Below, piece after piece: positions 1 to 10,111 of a DNA stretch of 64,000 bases. A program made the translations under genes and the position numbers. The stretch lies in IMG/VR virus record IMGVR_UViG_3300027896_005310, positions 6,305 through 70,304 of that record; one strand, written 5' to 3'. Every line of letters begins with the position of its first letter. Positions within the stretch are counted from its first letter, which is position 1. Source of the DNA: a virus. The notes under the pieces were generated by a model, which was given only the letters and a program-made list of their open reading frames with translations, was not told the origin of the DNA and ran no database searches.

Positions 1-150
1 TAATTAAATCTATTTTTTTAACATTTCGAGTAATACGTTTACCATTAGTTACCTTCAAACGGATATTGTTCTCCTTGGTCAGTCTAGTCTCTTCTTTCCC
101 TCGTTAGTTATTGGTAGTTAATCCTTTTCTTAACAAGCTTCTTTTTTAAA

Positions 151-405
151 TTAGAAGTTATCGACATTAGTAAGGGTTTTTAATGCTCTAATGTTGTCTA
201 TTAAATCTTTTGCTACAATTTTAGAGACACCATTTATATACTCTGTCTGTGCCTTAGTTATTAATCCAGTATTATCTTCAAAAACAAATAAATTTCTTTT
301 TCCATCTGGAGATTTTACAACTTCTACTAAAAGAAACCCTGCTGTTTTTAAAAAAGCTGCAAAATAGAAATCACTTATTTTTACCGTTCTCTTAGTTATA
401 TTCAT
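151..405 (-). CDS. small phage protein, DUF5659-like
   Basis: 84 aa with GGAG RBS; SDFYFAAFLKTAGF..FVFED resembles the DUF5659 pattern as recalled. Confidence 0.45.
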   Translation of the reverse strand: MNITKRTVKISDFYFAAFLKTAGFLLVEVVKSPDGKRNLFVFEDNTGLITKAQTEYINGVSKIVAKDLIDNIRALKTLTNVDNF

Positions 406-422
406 TTATCTCCAAATCACTT

Positions 423-458
423 AAAAAATGAGATGAGATTAAAAAATCTCATCTCATT
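423..458 (-). terminator. intrinsic terminator
   Basis: 14-bp perfect hairpin aatgagatgagatt/aatctcatctcatt followed by a T-run on the minus strand, just after 478..744. Confidence 0.75.
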
Positions 459-477
459 ACATTTTACACATTAATAA

Positions 478-744
478 TTAAATAAATGTAATAGTTAAAA
501 CACCTGTATATGCACCAGAAGAAAATCTATTTAAAATACCTCTATCCACAGATAATAAAACTTGGCTAGTAGCTACTAGTTGAATTGTATCACCTGGATT
601 TAAATAGCGATCTTGACCGTATTCATAAATAGATACTCCTCCACCTAAACTATTTCTACGTCCTACATCTGCTAAATAAACTTGACCTAATGTTTCTGTA
701 CCATTAGTAGTATTATGTACTATTTGTACTTTTGGAACTGCCAT
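478..744 (-). CDS. putative virion protein, paralog of N-terminus of 774..1388
   Basis: GGAGG RBS; G/T/V-rich, Lys-poor; QLVATSQVLLSVDRGILNRF aligns with DILDTERVLLSDAMGQINKF in the neighbouring ORF. Confidence 0.5.
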   Translation of the reverse strand: MAVPKVQIVHNTTNGTETLGQVYLADVGRRNSLGGGVSIYEYGQDRYLNPGDTIQLVATSQVLLSVDRGILNRFSSGAYTGVLTITFI

Positions 745-773
745 AATATACCTCCATTTTTATTTTTAATATT

Positions 774-1388
774 TTAACTAGCTAAAGTAGACTCATTATC
801 ATAAAATCCTAAAGTACTATTCGCATTACCTGTACCTATTGTAATTTTACTATTTCCCCAAAGCACCAAAAATCCTGATATAAGAGATGGGGCTCTAGGT
901 CCATACGCGTATCCTATAGGACCTTCTTCTAAATCTAAAGGTTTCCCAGTAACAATGTCTGTATTAGAAGATCTAAAAAAACGATTACTTATTTCAGCTG
1001 TAAATCCAGTAGCTGTTAAAGTGATAGCAGATACTATTTGACTCATACTGATTGAACTACCAGAAGGTAAAGTAATACTTTGAACAGGATCAGTGCCCAC
1101 TTGTACTTTAAAAGTATTATTTATACCTGTAATTTCAAAAGGTCCTACTGTTCTTCCAGTAATACTATAATAGGTAGCGATTTTACCTGCAACTCTAAAT
1201 TTATTAATCTGTCCCATTGCATCACTTAATAATACTCTTTCAGTATCTAAAATATCAATAAGTCCTGATGCTGGAATACCATTGTCTGCTTTAGCGTTCC
1301 AACTCTCATAAATACTTGTATAAACTTCAAGTCCTCTGTCTATGTCTGTCAATGTTAAATTGTTCGTAGTTAAATTAACTATCCTCAT
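774..1388 (-). CDS. putative virion structural protein
   Basis: GGAGG RBS; T/G/S-rich; GPFEIT..NNTF and ITIGTGNANSTLGF resemble sheath/baseplate-associated beta domains. Confidence 0.5.
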   Translation of the reverse strand: MRIVNLTTNNLTLTDIDRGLEVYTSIYESWNAKADNGIPASGLIDILDTERVLLSDAMGQINKFRVAGKIATYYSITGRTVGPFEITGINNTFKVQVGTDPVQSITLPSGSSISMSQIVSAITLTATGFTAEISNRFFRSSNTDIVTGKPLDLEEGPIGYAYGPRAPSLISGFLVLWGNSKITIGTGNANSTLGFYDNESTLAS

Positions 1389-1412
1389 ATTAGATATCCT
1401 CCGTTAAATTAT

Positions 1413-1781
1413 TTAAATATTTTGTTTAACCCATTCTGGTTCTCGTAATATTCCCCAGTATTTAGAAGGTATCTTCTTAAGTACTGTTTTATCATCTATA
1501 TTTCTAACAAACCAACTCTTAGATATAAAATTAATCCCTTTCTCTCCCAAATATAAAACAAGATCTATAACATTATGCCCTTCTTCAATTTCTTTCTGAA
1601 CTATACTAATCAAATCTTTATCCGTAATACCCGCACTCTTTAATAAAATTATAAAATCATGTTTATTTTTAATTTTTCCTTCTTTAATATCTTTTAACAT
1701 ATTAAAAATTGCTTTTCTTTTTTCCATCAAAGAAACCATAGCTAAATATTCAAAAGCAATTTTATATGCTAAATTTTCCAT
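1413..1781 (-). CDS. hypothetical protein
   Basis: 122-aa ORF in operon; N-terminal AYKIAFEYLA motif. Confidence 0.6.
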   Translation of the reverse strand: MENLAYKIAFEYLAMVSLMEKRKAIFNMLKDIKEGKIKNKHDFIILLKSAGITDKDLISIVQKEIEEGHNVIDLVLYLGEKGINFISKSWFVRNIDDKTVLKKIPSKYWGILREPEWVKQNI

Positions 1782-1783
1782 TT

Positions 1784-2203
1784 CTAAATTTCACCTCGAG
1801 CTAGTTTTATTTTTTTTTCTTTTAATTTATTCTGTTCCTGTTTTAAATTTTTTATTTGAGATTCATATTTTAAGGGATCTACTCCATTATTTTTTGCTAT
1901 TTTTCCAGCATCTTCCCAACTTTTACAAATCTCTCCTTTATAATTAGGTTGCAATTGAGGAACATCATAATTTTGCACCATTCTTTTTCCTATCTCTTGC
2001 CTTTTTTTTAATCTATAATTCTTTTCTCTCAAATCTTTCCCTGTCCAATTATTTCCTCTTAAAACAACTTGTATATTCCTGGAGATTGCTTTCTGCATAA
2101 TCTCTCCACAATCACAAATAATCTCTGGTTTTTCATTCATTTTATGTTCTATCTCTCTCATATCATCACATTTTTCACAAAAATAATCATAAATAGGCAT
2201 CAC
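1784..2203 (-). CDS. FmdB-family zinc-ribbon protein
   Basis: MPIYDYFCEKC...CDCG..MQKAIS zinc-ribbon pattern. Confidence 0.75.
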   Translation of the reverse strand: MMPIYDYFCEKCDDMREIEHKMNEKPEIICDCGEIMQKAISRNIQVVLRGNNWTGKDLREKNYRLKKRQEIGKRMVQNYDVPQLQPNYKGEICKSWEDAGKIAKNNGVDPLKYESQIKNLKQEQNKLKEKKIKLARGEI

Positions 2204-3321
2204 ATACTCCTGTAAATCTCTATCACATTATCTAAAGATGATTTCTTTCTCAGAATTTTTCTACCAAAATTATTTATATCTGTTTCTATTCTTTGTAAAA
2301 TTCTCTTTTCTTTACCTGCTAATATTCTAGTTAATTCTTCTAAAGCATCCTTCCTTATATTAATTTTTCTTCTATCATTTTTTTCAAATTCATATTTTTT
2401 TAAAAATTTCTCCATTTTTAATTTTTCATCTCTTTCTAAAAATTTCAAAATTTCTTCTACATCATGCATCTCAATTTTATCTGATTCTTCCTCCAATTTT
2501 TCCATCGTATCTACAATTTTATCTACATCTTTATATGTATCTAATTCATATTTCTTAGCAAATTTTTCAAATACTGTTCCCACGACATAAACATGCTTAC
2601 AAATTTTATTCTTTCTCTCAGGATCTCTTATTTCTGGAGCTGAACCATCTGATAAAGGTTTTCCTTTTAAATAATCATTATTTTTAGCATTAAAATCAGG
2701 TCCCCACCATTTCCAAAAAGGACAACTACATCCTAACTTTATATCTAATTTACGAAGATCTTTCTGTTCTGGATCTTTATTTAAAGTTACCGTAACTATA
2801 TGCCCTCTGGGATCACTTCCTTTCATGTAAGAAACAACCCTATAAGTAAACATAGCATTTTTAGTATCTGCTTTAAGTAATCTAGCATTACAACGAGGAG
2901 CATTTTTTCTAGAGAATTGACTAGTAGCTCTCATCAAATCTTCCATGCTAGCAGCTATTCTATTCTCCCAATCAAATAAATCCAAAGTAAACTTTATAGG
3001 GTCATTTTCTAATCTATAACTAGAAATTAATTTTTTCGTATCATATCTTTTATAAGGATTCACTAGAGGGGGTTCTTGCTTATCCCAATTCTCAGGTCTG
3101 TGTACATATTTAAAATCATTAAATTCTTTATCTTGTATACTCTCATCATCTCTAAAATTTTTATAATAGATTTCTCCTTCTCCTGGAGCTTCATCAAAAT
3201 TAAATATTTCAGGACGGGTATTATAAAATACATCCTGTAAATAATAATCAGGATTCTCCATATAATCGCTAGGTTTAGCGATACTTTGAGAATAATCTAC
3301 TTCATAGAGTGAGTGTGCCAT
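2200..3321 (-). CDS. SWIM zinc-finger-containing protein
   Basis: CSCP...ICKH (CxC-xn-CxH) motif. Confidence 0.6.
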   Translation of the reverse strand: MAHSLYEVDYSQSIAKPSDYMENPDYYLQDVFYNTRPEIFNFDEAPGEGEIYYKNFRDDESIQDKEFNDFKYVHRPENWDKQEPPLVNPYKRYDTKKLISSYRLENDPIKFTLDLFDWENRIAASMEDLMRATSQFSRKNAPRCNARLLKADTKNAMFTYRVVSYMKGSDPRGHIVTVTLNKDPEQKDLRKLDIKLGCSCPFWKWWGPDFNAKNNDYLKGKPLSDGSAPEIRDPERKNKICKHVYVVGTVFEKFAKKYELDTYKDVDKIVDTMEKLEEESDKIEMHDVEEILKFLERDEKLKMEKFLKKYEFEKNDRRKINIRKDALEELTRILAGKEKRILQRIETDINNFGRKILRKKSSLDNVIEIYRSM

Positions 3322-3327
3322 ATTTTC

Positions 3328-4083
3328 CTAAAGAATTTGTATCCTTTTATTAATTCTTTCTACTATCTTGTCAGAAGATTCTATTTTTTTTAATTTTTCT
3401 AAAAATTTTTTATCTGCTTTTTCTATAACCTCCGCTTTTTTAGTCCAATGTAAAGTACCCCAATTTTGCATAGTATTTTCTTTATTAAAATCAGTGTATT
3501 TACTTACTTCAACAACATCCGCATCATATTGATCTTTAAATATTTCAAAATCTTTAGGAGCTATTTTATCTGTTTTATTTTGCCCTAAAGCAGATTTAAG
3601 ATCTTGCACTTCTTTATTTTCTACAGACATTACTCCTGTTTTTACTACTTTAGCATCTTCCTCTAGTACCACTCCGCTAAATTTAACTCTATGAGTACTA
3701 GCTGGTTCTAAATTAAGCGCTTTAGCAAATAACTCTGAGTTATCGTCTCTAATACATCCACCAAATCTTACTATCTCTCTTTGATCTACTGCTAATTGCT
3801 CTTTTTCTTTCTTTGCTAATTCAGCAAATCTTTCTTTTCTTCTTCTATCTGAAGCTTCTTCTTCAGTTTCTCCTACAGGTCCCTCTAATTTAGGTAAAAT
3901 ACCATCTTTAGGTACTAACCACCCAGCTTTAATCGCAGCTTTAATATTTTTTACTTCATATGTCTGTGCTCCAATAGTAATCGAAGATAAACTCTCATCA
4001 TACATAATCTCTGAATTAATTTTTAATTCTTTATTCAATTCTCCTAGCCAAAAACTTTTATTCACTTTATACGATTTACTCAT
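3328..4083 (-). CDS. hypothetical protein
   Basis: 251-aa ORF with GGAGG RBS. Confidence 0.65.
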   Translation of the reverse strand: MSKSYKVNKSFWLGELNKELKINSEIMYDESLSSITIGAQTYEVKNIKAAIKAGWLVPKDGILPKLEGPVGETEEEASDRRRKERFAELAKKEKEQLAVDQREIVRFGGCIRDDNSELFAKALNLEPASTHRVKFSGVVLEEDAKVVKTGVMSVENKEVQDLKSALGQNKTDKIAPKDFEIFKDQYDADVVEVSKYTDFNKENTMQNWGTLHWTKKAEVIEKADKKFLEKLKKIESSDKIVERINKRIQIL

Positions 4084-4211
4084 TAAAAAACCTCCATGTC
4101 TCTGTTTAAAAAATATAACATTCCTTATATAAATAATTGATTAATAGATTATGTGGGAATTGAAGGATAATTTAATATTAAAAAAATATAATATTAAAGG
4201 AGTAATATATT

Positions 4212-4712
4212 ATGGATTATAAAATAGCAGTACGTAATTATATTTTAAAAAAACAAGCACAAGAAAAAAACAAAGAAGATTTAAATATACAACAATTATC
4301 AAAAGATTTAGATTTTGCTTTATCTAGAATTCACAAAGAAGCTGGAATAACTAAAAATATTTTAGTAGGATTAGCAATGGCAGCAGCACTATTTAATTCT
4401 AATTCTGCAAAAGCAAATGCTGATCAAATGAATAAATTAATAGCTTCTTTGGACGGAATAGGAAATGGAGTCGTTAAAGTACATAATCATTTAACTGGAA
4501 ATACTGGAAGATATACTATAGATGTAGGTCCATATTCTTTAGATGGTAATTATTCGTCTGTAGGTAAAGGAACAGTTAAGAAAGTAAAACATGAACTAAA
4601 ATTTACTTTAGATTCTAAAGCTGATCCCACAACAATAAAAGAGTATAAACCTATCGCTGAAAAATTAAATAAATTATTAAAAACAGAAACTATTCATATT
4701 TTAGAGAAGTAA
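4212..4712 (+). CDS. hypothetical protein with internal signal-peptide-like segment
   Basis: AAGGAG RBS; YKIAVRNYI motif, then KEA-GITKNILVGLAMAAALFNSNSAKA starting at ~aa 42. Confidence 0.6.
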   Translation: MDYKIAVRNYILKKQAQEKNKEDLNIQQLSKDLDFALSRIHKEAGITKNILVGLAMAAALFNSNSAKANADQMNKLIASLDGIGNGVVKVHNHLTGNTGRYTIDVGPYSLDGNYSSVGKGTVKKVKHELKFTLDSKADPTTIKEYKPIAEKLNKLLKTETIHILEK

Positions 4713-4739
4713 ATAATGATCTCGAACAATTTGCATATT

Positions 4740-5024
4740 TTAATTTCTTAAAAAACCTTCTTTATCTAAATAATCTTTTAAAGTTTGTTTTATTTTTATA
4801 TCATGAGCAGAAAGTAATTTACTACAATTTAAAATTTTTGCTCTACATCTATTTATTTCTTCATTTAATTCAGTTTGATCTTCCTTGCCAGCATTTTCGG
4901 GAAATTTTGTCTGTTCTTCTAATCCCCATAAAGTAGCTTCTAATCTTTTCTGATGTTCTAAAATACTTTCCCCATAAGAAATCTCTTCTTTAAGTACTAA
5001 CATTAAATCTTTTAATGATATCAT
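4740..5024 (-). CDS. hypothetical coiled-coil protein
   Basis: 94-aa ORF with ATGA overlap to the upstream gene. Confidence 0.55.
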   Translation of the reverse strand: MISLKDLMLVLKEEISYGESILEHQKRLEATLWGLEEQTKFPENAGKEDQTELNEEINRCRAKILNCSKLLSAHDIKIKQTLKDYLDKEGFLRN

Positions 5025-5305
5025 CCTTGTTCTCCTTTTTGTTTTAATTTAGATATTTCCACCGCATCTTCTTTATTTTCTTGTAGAGTAGTTCTAACTG
5101 GTTCAGAAAAATCTGAATACATTAATCCTCTAAAATATTTTGTATTTAATAAAACATTTCCTTCAAAACATTTAAAATCAAAAAAATCATTCTGCGTTAT
5201 AAACGCTCTTCTAACACTTTTTAAATCCTCTTCCGAGACTTTAGTAAATTTAAAATTCTCTACTCCCTCTCCCACATCTATTAATTCTAAATCAAAATAT
5301 TTCAT
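5021..5305 (-). CDS. hypothetical protein
   Basis: 94-aa ORF with AAGGA RBS. Confidence 0.55.
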   Translation of the reverse strand: MKYFDLELIDVGEGVENFKFTKVSEEDLKSVRRAFITQNDFFDFKCFEGNVLLNTKYFRGLMYSDFSEPVRTTLQENKEDAVEISKLKQKGEQG

Positions 5306-5375
5306 TATTTTTCCTTTATTAACTTATAATTATTTTATATTATAAAAGAAAAAACTATTTTATATAAGAAAAAAA

Positions 5376-6281
5376 ATGAAAATAAATTGGTATTGTCCCC
5401 CTACAGTAAATAAAGATTTTAAAGATCCAATTGATAATCCCTCTTTTCGATTAAGATGCTGGTACACTCATTTAAATTTAATAAAAGATGGACATTCCTC
5501 CTTTATTGTAGACAACATCGAAAAAATTAATAATCCAGATATAGTAATATTAATGTCTTTTGGAGAAGAAGAATATAATTTTACTAAATGGATGAAAAAT
5601 CAAAATAAAACTGTCATTCATGACTATTCTGAAAATATTAGAGGGATACCTATTTTAGAACAAACAAAAGAACTTTGCAAATATATTGTTTGCTGTAGCA
5701 CAGAATTAGGAAAAAAAGAATCCGAAGTATATAAAAACAAAGTAATAGTTATTAAAGATCCCTCAGAAGAATTCCCTATAAAACATAACTCAAATTATGA
5801 TCCTGAAAAATTAAAAATAGTTTGGTCGGGAATGGGAGGAAATGCAGAATGGGTGACTCAAATGCTAAAACCATTAATAGAAAATTTAGGAATGTCCTAT
5901 GTAGAAATATCTAATAGAAAAGAAGCTGATATTACTTGGGATAGAAAAACTTGGTATTTTCATATAGCAGAATGTGATATATGTATCTGCCCTCAAATAC
6001 ATTGGATGTTTCCAATGAAAAGTAATGTTAAAGTTACTACCGCTATGTCTCTGGGACTGCCAGTAATAGCTTCTCCTATTACGAGTTATTCAGAATTAAT
6101 TAAAAATGGAGAAAATGGATATATAGCTAATACCTTTGAAGATTGGGAAACTTATCTCAATCATTTAAGATCTAAACAAATTAGACAGACTATTGTAAAA
6201 AATGCAGAAAAAAAATTATTGCCTTATAGAATTTCTAATATATATAAACAATGGGTCACCCTTTTTAAAAAAAGCCTATGA
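5376..6281 (+). CDS. GT-B fold glycosyltransferase
   Basis: KSNVKVTTAMSLGLPVIASP..SYSELIKNGENGY is a GT4-like C-terminal motif; paralogous to a domain in 56030..58342. Confidence 0.75.
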   Translation: MKINWYCPPTVNKDFKDPIDNPSFRLRCWYTHLNLIKDGHSSFIVDNIEKINNPDIVILMSFGEEEYNFTKWMKNQNKTVIHDYSENIRGIPILEQTKELCKYIVCCSTELGKKESEVYKNKVIVIKDPSEEFPIKHNSNYDPEKLKIVWSGMGGNAEWVTQMLKPLIENLGMSYVEISNRKEADITWDRKTWYFHIAECDICICPQIHWMFPMKSNVKVTTAMSLGLPVIASPITSYSELIKNGENGYIANTFEDWETYLNHLRSKQIRQTIVKNAEKKLLPYRISNIYKQWVTLFKKSL

Positions 6282-7057
6282 AACTGTTAACCATAAATAC
6301 TGATTCTAAACCTTTTGAAGAAATTCAAGAACATTTTGATTGTCTTTATAGTACATCTCCTAATTTTATTATAAATAAAAAAATAAAAATACCTTATTTC
6401 TATAATATTTATGCTGGAGAATTAGAGGGAGAACTAAATTATAATATATTCCGAGATTTTTATTCAAAACTTCAAGGAGCTAATGCTGTTTTTGTAAATG
6501 ATAAAAAATTAAACAAATATGCAGAATGGTTAGATTTGAATTCTTTTTGGGTACCTAATAGTTTAATAGAAAATCAATTCATTTTTAAAAGTAAAAGATT
6601 TTTTACTCCTAAATTACATATAGGAATACTTTCCCCCACTGCTCCGGATATTCAAATCCTATTAGATAAACTTTTATTTATTAAAAAAACTAATTGGGAA
6701 TTTCACATAACAGACAAAAAAGATATTCACGAAAATTGCCATATATTCTTAAATTTATCAAAAGACTACTGTTTCCCCAATAATGATAGCTTAGAAGCAA
6801 TGAGGAGTGGTTGTGTGCTTATTAGCACTAATCTACACGGAAATCATACTCATATAATATTCGATGATATACACTATATCAAATTAGATTTTTTAGATGT
6901 AAATATAATTTTAGATGCTCTACGCTATAGTGATAAACGAAGAGAAAAACTTGAGCGTATAGCTTTAGGGGGAGCAAAAATGGTAAATAAATATTTTACT
7001 TCTAAAAATTTAGATAATCAAAAATTAAATATTATTAGAAGAGAATTAGGAGGCTAA
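6278..7057 (+). CDS. divergent GT-B glycosyltransferase-like protein
   Basis: LEAMRSGCVLIST motif; ATGA overlap with upstream glycosyltransferase. Confidence 0.55.
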   Translation: MKLLTINTDSKPFEEIQEHFDCLYSTSPNFIINKKIKIPYFYNIYAGELEGELNYNIFRDFYSKLQGANAVFVNDKKLNKYAEWLDLNSFWVPNSLIENQFIFKSKRFFTPKLHIGILSPTAPDIQILLDKLLFIKKTNWEFHITDKKDIHENCHIFLNLSKDYCFPNNDSLEAMRSGCVLISTNLHGNHTHIIFDDIHYIKLDFLDVNIILDALRYSDKRREKLERIALGGAKMVNKYFTSKNLDNQKLNIIRRELGG

Positions 7058-7881
7058 AGTTTACGAAATTCTTCCTTAACTTCACGCACAAAATCAGAAA
7101 ATATAGAAGTGGTGATAATCTCCGGGTGCCAGCACAATCCTCTATCAATTAAATTATATTCTTTGACTATTCTAGATCCTGGAATTTTGTTACCTTCTGA
7201 ATCTATATCTCTTCCCATTAACCACAAATGATCAGAAATTGATGCTGCTGCAGCAACATCATGTGTAATGACTATTATGGTGTTAAGTCCGTCCATGTTA
7301 GCTATTCTACTCAATAAAGCACAAGTCTTTTCTATCATTAATAAATCCAATCCAGAAAAAGGCTCATCAAGAAGCAAAAAATGGTCACTGCACAATACTT
7401 GCTGAATAATAGCGCATCTTTGTCTTTGTCCTCCAGATAGCTGAGCGGGATAATGATTTCTTTTATCTGCTAGATCAAATTCACTTAAAAATTCAGAGAC
7501 TTTTTCTTTAGCTACTTTTCGATCTTTCTCTTTTAAATAAGCTGCAAGTAAAAGATTAGAGTATACTGTACGATGCTCAAATAGGGGGTAGTTTTGAGCT
7601 ACTACGCCTACTTCCCCTGGGTGTACTGGTCTATCCCATCCATTTATAGTAACTCTGCCTGAAGTAGGATGAGTAAGCCCTGCTATGACTCGGAAAAGGG
7701 ATGTCTTACCGCATCCCGAAGATCCTAAAAATCCTATTACCTGTCCTATGGTGCAATCAGGGCGAATAATTTTTTTGATTTCTGTATTTACATTTTTAAG
7801 TATTATTTTACCATCATATTCAAGAGATACGTTATCAATTTTTAAAAGAGTTTTACCTACACTATACTGGTCCATTCTCAT
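7054..7881 (-). CDS. ABC transporter ATP-binding protein, NitT/TauT type
   Basis: Walker A GSSGCGKT, signature YPAQLSGGQRQR, Walker B LLLDEPFSGLD, H-loop ITHD. Confidence 0.92.
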   Translation of the reverse strand: MRMDQYSVGKTLLKIDNVSLEYDGKIILKNVNTEIKKIIRPDCTIGQVIGFLGSSGCGKTSLFRVIAGLTHPTSGRVTINGWDRPVHPGEVGVVAQNYPLFEHRTVYSNLLLAAYLKEKDRKVAKEKVSEFLSEFDLADKRNHYPAQLSGGQRQRCAIIQQVLCSDHFLLLDEPFSGLDLLMIEKTCALLSRIANMDGLNTIIVITHDVAAAASISDHLWLMGRDIDSEGNKIPGSRIVKEYNLIDRGLCWHPEIITTSIFSDFVREVKEEFRKL

Positions 7882-7921
7882 ATCTTCTTATTAAGACAAT
7901 TCCAATCCCATTCTACATTCT

Positions 7922-8518
7922 TTAGCATATTTTCTCATTTCCATAAAAATTTTCTTTAATCATTTTTAATAATTGTTTATACTTCTCCCCTAAAGGATTC
8001 TCTGCCCAATCATTATCTTCTAAATAAGTATCTGCATATTCTTCAGCGTTACTAAAATGTATTTTTTCATCTTCTTTAAGTTCTTGAGCAAAAAGTGGAC
8101 ATATTTCTAAAGCTAAATAATCAAAAGCTTTTAAATAAAATCCCAAAATTGTAGGGGATCTATGAGATCCAGCAGCACAATGAATATATATTGTAGGATA
8201 ATTTCCAAAATCATCTATTATCAATTTATTTTCTATCCAATGTCTCAAAGTCATTAAAGAACCAAAAATTACTTCTTCGGTGGGATATTTATTTTCTGCC
8301 CAAGGGAACCAAGCTAATCTATTTGTTAAACCAGCACAATCTGTTTTGTCTAACTGGTCTAATACTGAAAGAACAGCATCAAATCGCTCTATTTTATTAG
8401 CTCTTAATATTTTTAATTTTTCTTTAACAAAATAATCTAAACGAGGACCTACAACAAAATGGATAACTTTACCATTGCTTTCAGTGACTGTATATTTTAC
8501 CTGATAAGTAGCTGCCAT
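7922..8518 (-). CDS. dual-specificity/tyrosine phosphatase-like protein
   Basis: intact CX5R P-loop IYIHCAAGSHRS. Confidence 0.75.
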   Translation of the reverse strand: MAATYQVKYTVTESNGKVIHFVVGPRLDYFVKEKLKILRANKIERFDAVLSVLDQLDKTDCAGLTNRLAWFPWAENKYPTEEVIFGSLMTLRHWIENKLIIDDFGNYPTIYIHCAAGSHRSPTILGFYLKAFDYLALEICPLFAQELKEDEKIHFSNAEEYADTYLEDNDWAENPLGEKYKQLLKMIKENFYGNEKIC

Positions 8519-9322
8519 TTATTTCCTCTCCACCGTAAGATTAGCATAGGGACAAATAATATTCCGTAATAATCCTAATAAATAATCTTGTCCTAAACCT
8601 ATAATAAGAATCATCACTTGAATTGCTAGAACAGAAGATAGATGGAAGTGTTTATTCTGCGTGAGAAGAAGTGCTCCTATTCCTCCATCTGATCTAGACA
8701 TCCCCTCTACTAAAGTTAATACCATCCAGGACATCGCAAAGTTCTGACGCATTACATCAAAAACTTTATCTATTTGCCCCAATATTATTACCTCATAAAC
8801 TGTGCGCCATTCTCCCATTCGTAAAGTACGAGCTAAGTCGAATTGAATTTTTGGTATAGAATTTAATACGTCAGCCATGCTAGTTATGAAAAAAACAGAA
8901 ATTGAAAAAACAAGAAGATATAATTTTAACTCATGTCCGTTATTTGCTACTAGAGTAAAAAAGAAAGTAAGTCCTACTAAAGATAGAAATCGAAGTTTAC
9001 TTAAGATAGTAACTAGAGGACGAAAAAAAGGAATTACGGTAGAATAAGCTAAGAGTAAAGTCACTAAAGTAGCGACTCCCATAGCTTGAAGATTCAATGT
9101 TAAACTAGTCATTAACTCTGTTATAACTCCTTCTGACCATAATTGAGTAAATGCTTTAAATGTCTCTGAAACAGTAGGTAAAAAAACAAATGGGGAATAT
9201 AACCACAAAATAAAAAAAGCAATTGCTTGCCCTAAAATAAGTAACAATGCTGTAGATTTTGAAATTATTTTATTGGGGAGGAAAATAGATAAAAAATTTC
9301 TCATTTTTTCTATTCTTCCCAA
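8519..9322 (-). CDS. ABC transporter permease, NitT/TauT type
   Basis: about six hydrophobic segments; EAA-like DLARTLRMG; SWMVLTLVE..DGGIG; true start may be the ATG at 9304. Confidence 0.85.
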   Translation of the reverse strand: MGRIEKMRNFLSIFLPNKIISKSTALLLILGQAIAFFILWLYSPFVFLPTVSETFKAFTQLWSEGVITELMTSLTLNLQAMGVATLVTLLLAYSTVIPFFRPLVTILSKLRFLSLVGLTFFFTLVANNGHELKLYLLVFSISVFFITSMADVLNSIPKIQFDLARTLRMGEWRTVYEVIILGQIDKVFDVMRQNFAMSWMVLTLVEGMSRSDGGIGALLLTQNKHFHLSSVLAIQVMILIIGLGQDYLLGLLRNIICPYANLTVERK

Positions 9323-9522
9323 GTTCTAATGTATTTTTCTTCAGGATATTCTAAAAAAAGATGCTCATCATATTTAACAGCTTCTTTTATATCATATTTC
9401 TCATTAAGTCTTTCTGGAGGAAGCATACCTAATTCTTCAATTCTATTTAGAATAGAATAAGCTTTCTCTAAATCCAGAGAAAATTCTTTTGCTATTAATT
9501 CAACCATCTCTATTCTTTTCAT
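9310..9522 (-). CDS. hypothetical protein
   Basis: 70-aa ORF overlapping both neighbours; IEELGMLPP motif. Confidence 0.55.
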   Translation of the reverse strand: MKRIEMVELIAKEFSLDLEKAYSILNRIEELGMLPPERLNEKYDIKEAVKYDEHLFLEYPEEKYIRTWEE

Positions 9523-9971
9523 TTTCTTTCAGAATTTGCTAATTCTACACCTTCATACAAAAGTCTAAAATGGATTGAATCATTTTTTGTATATTGTTCT
9601 AAATCAAAACCATAATCAAAAATATTATTCTCAAATGTTTCTTCTCCAAAATCTTCATCTTTATAATCTACATCGACTTGATCTAAAGCTTCCGTAGTAA
9701 GATTATTTAAATCTTCTTTTATTTTCTTAATATCAATCCAAAGTTCTTTAATTTTCACACCTTCATTTTTAGAGAAAGTAGAAAATTTTGAAACTCCTTT
9801 TAAAAGTTGCCTTAAAAAATTTTTTATCTCTCCTACCCAATGTTGTCTTGCAGAAGATTTTTTAAAAATATGATATTTAAGCATGTGTTCAACTAATTTT
9901 TGAGGTAAGTTTGAATTTAAAAATTCTATAGCTTTATTTCTGGGTTTTTTAGGTAAAGCACAGACTCTCAT
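9519..9971 (-). CDS. hypothetical protein, DUF29-like segment
   Basis: KLVEHMLKY...QHWVGEIKNF pattern. Confidence 0.45.
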   Translation of the reverse strand: MRVCALPKKPRNKAIEFLNSNLPQKLVEHMLKYHIFKKSSARQHWVGEIKNFLRQLLKGVSKFSTFSKNEGVKIKELWIDIKKIKEDLNNLTTEALDQVDVDYKDEDFGEETFENNIFDYGFDLEQYTKNDSIHFRLLYEGVELANSERK

Positions 9972-10111
9972 ATTAGTTTTTATCCTTTTTTAAAAAATTA
10001 TTATAGCTCTTTAAGAGTCTACAACAATAGTAACAGATCACTCTCCATGATTTTTACATAATCAAACAAGATATTCTCCGTTTGGGGAAATATCTTTTTA
10101 AATCCCCTCAA

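Noticed and set aside
10010-10110. Protein-like frame with in-frame TGAs (YLV*LCKNHGE*)
   Set aside because: Too short to support recoding; overlaps a hairpin at ~10068-10096 that is more simply a terminator
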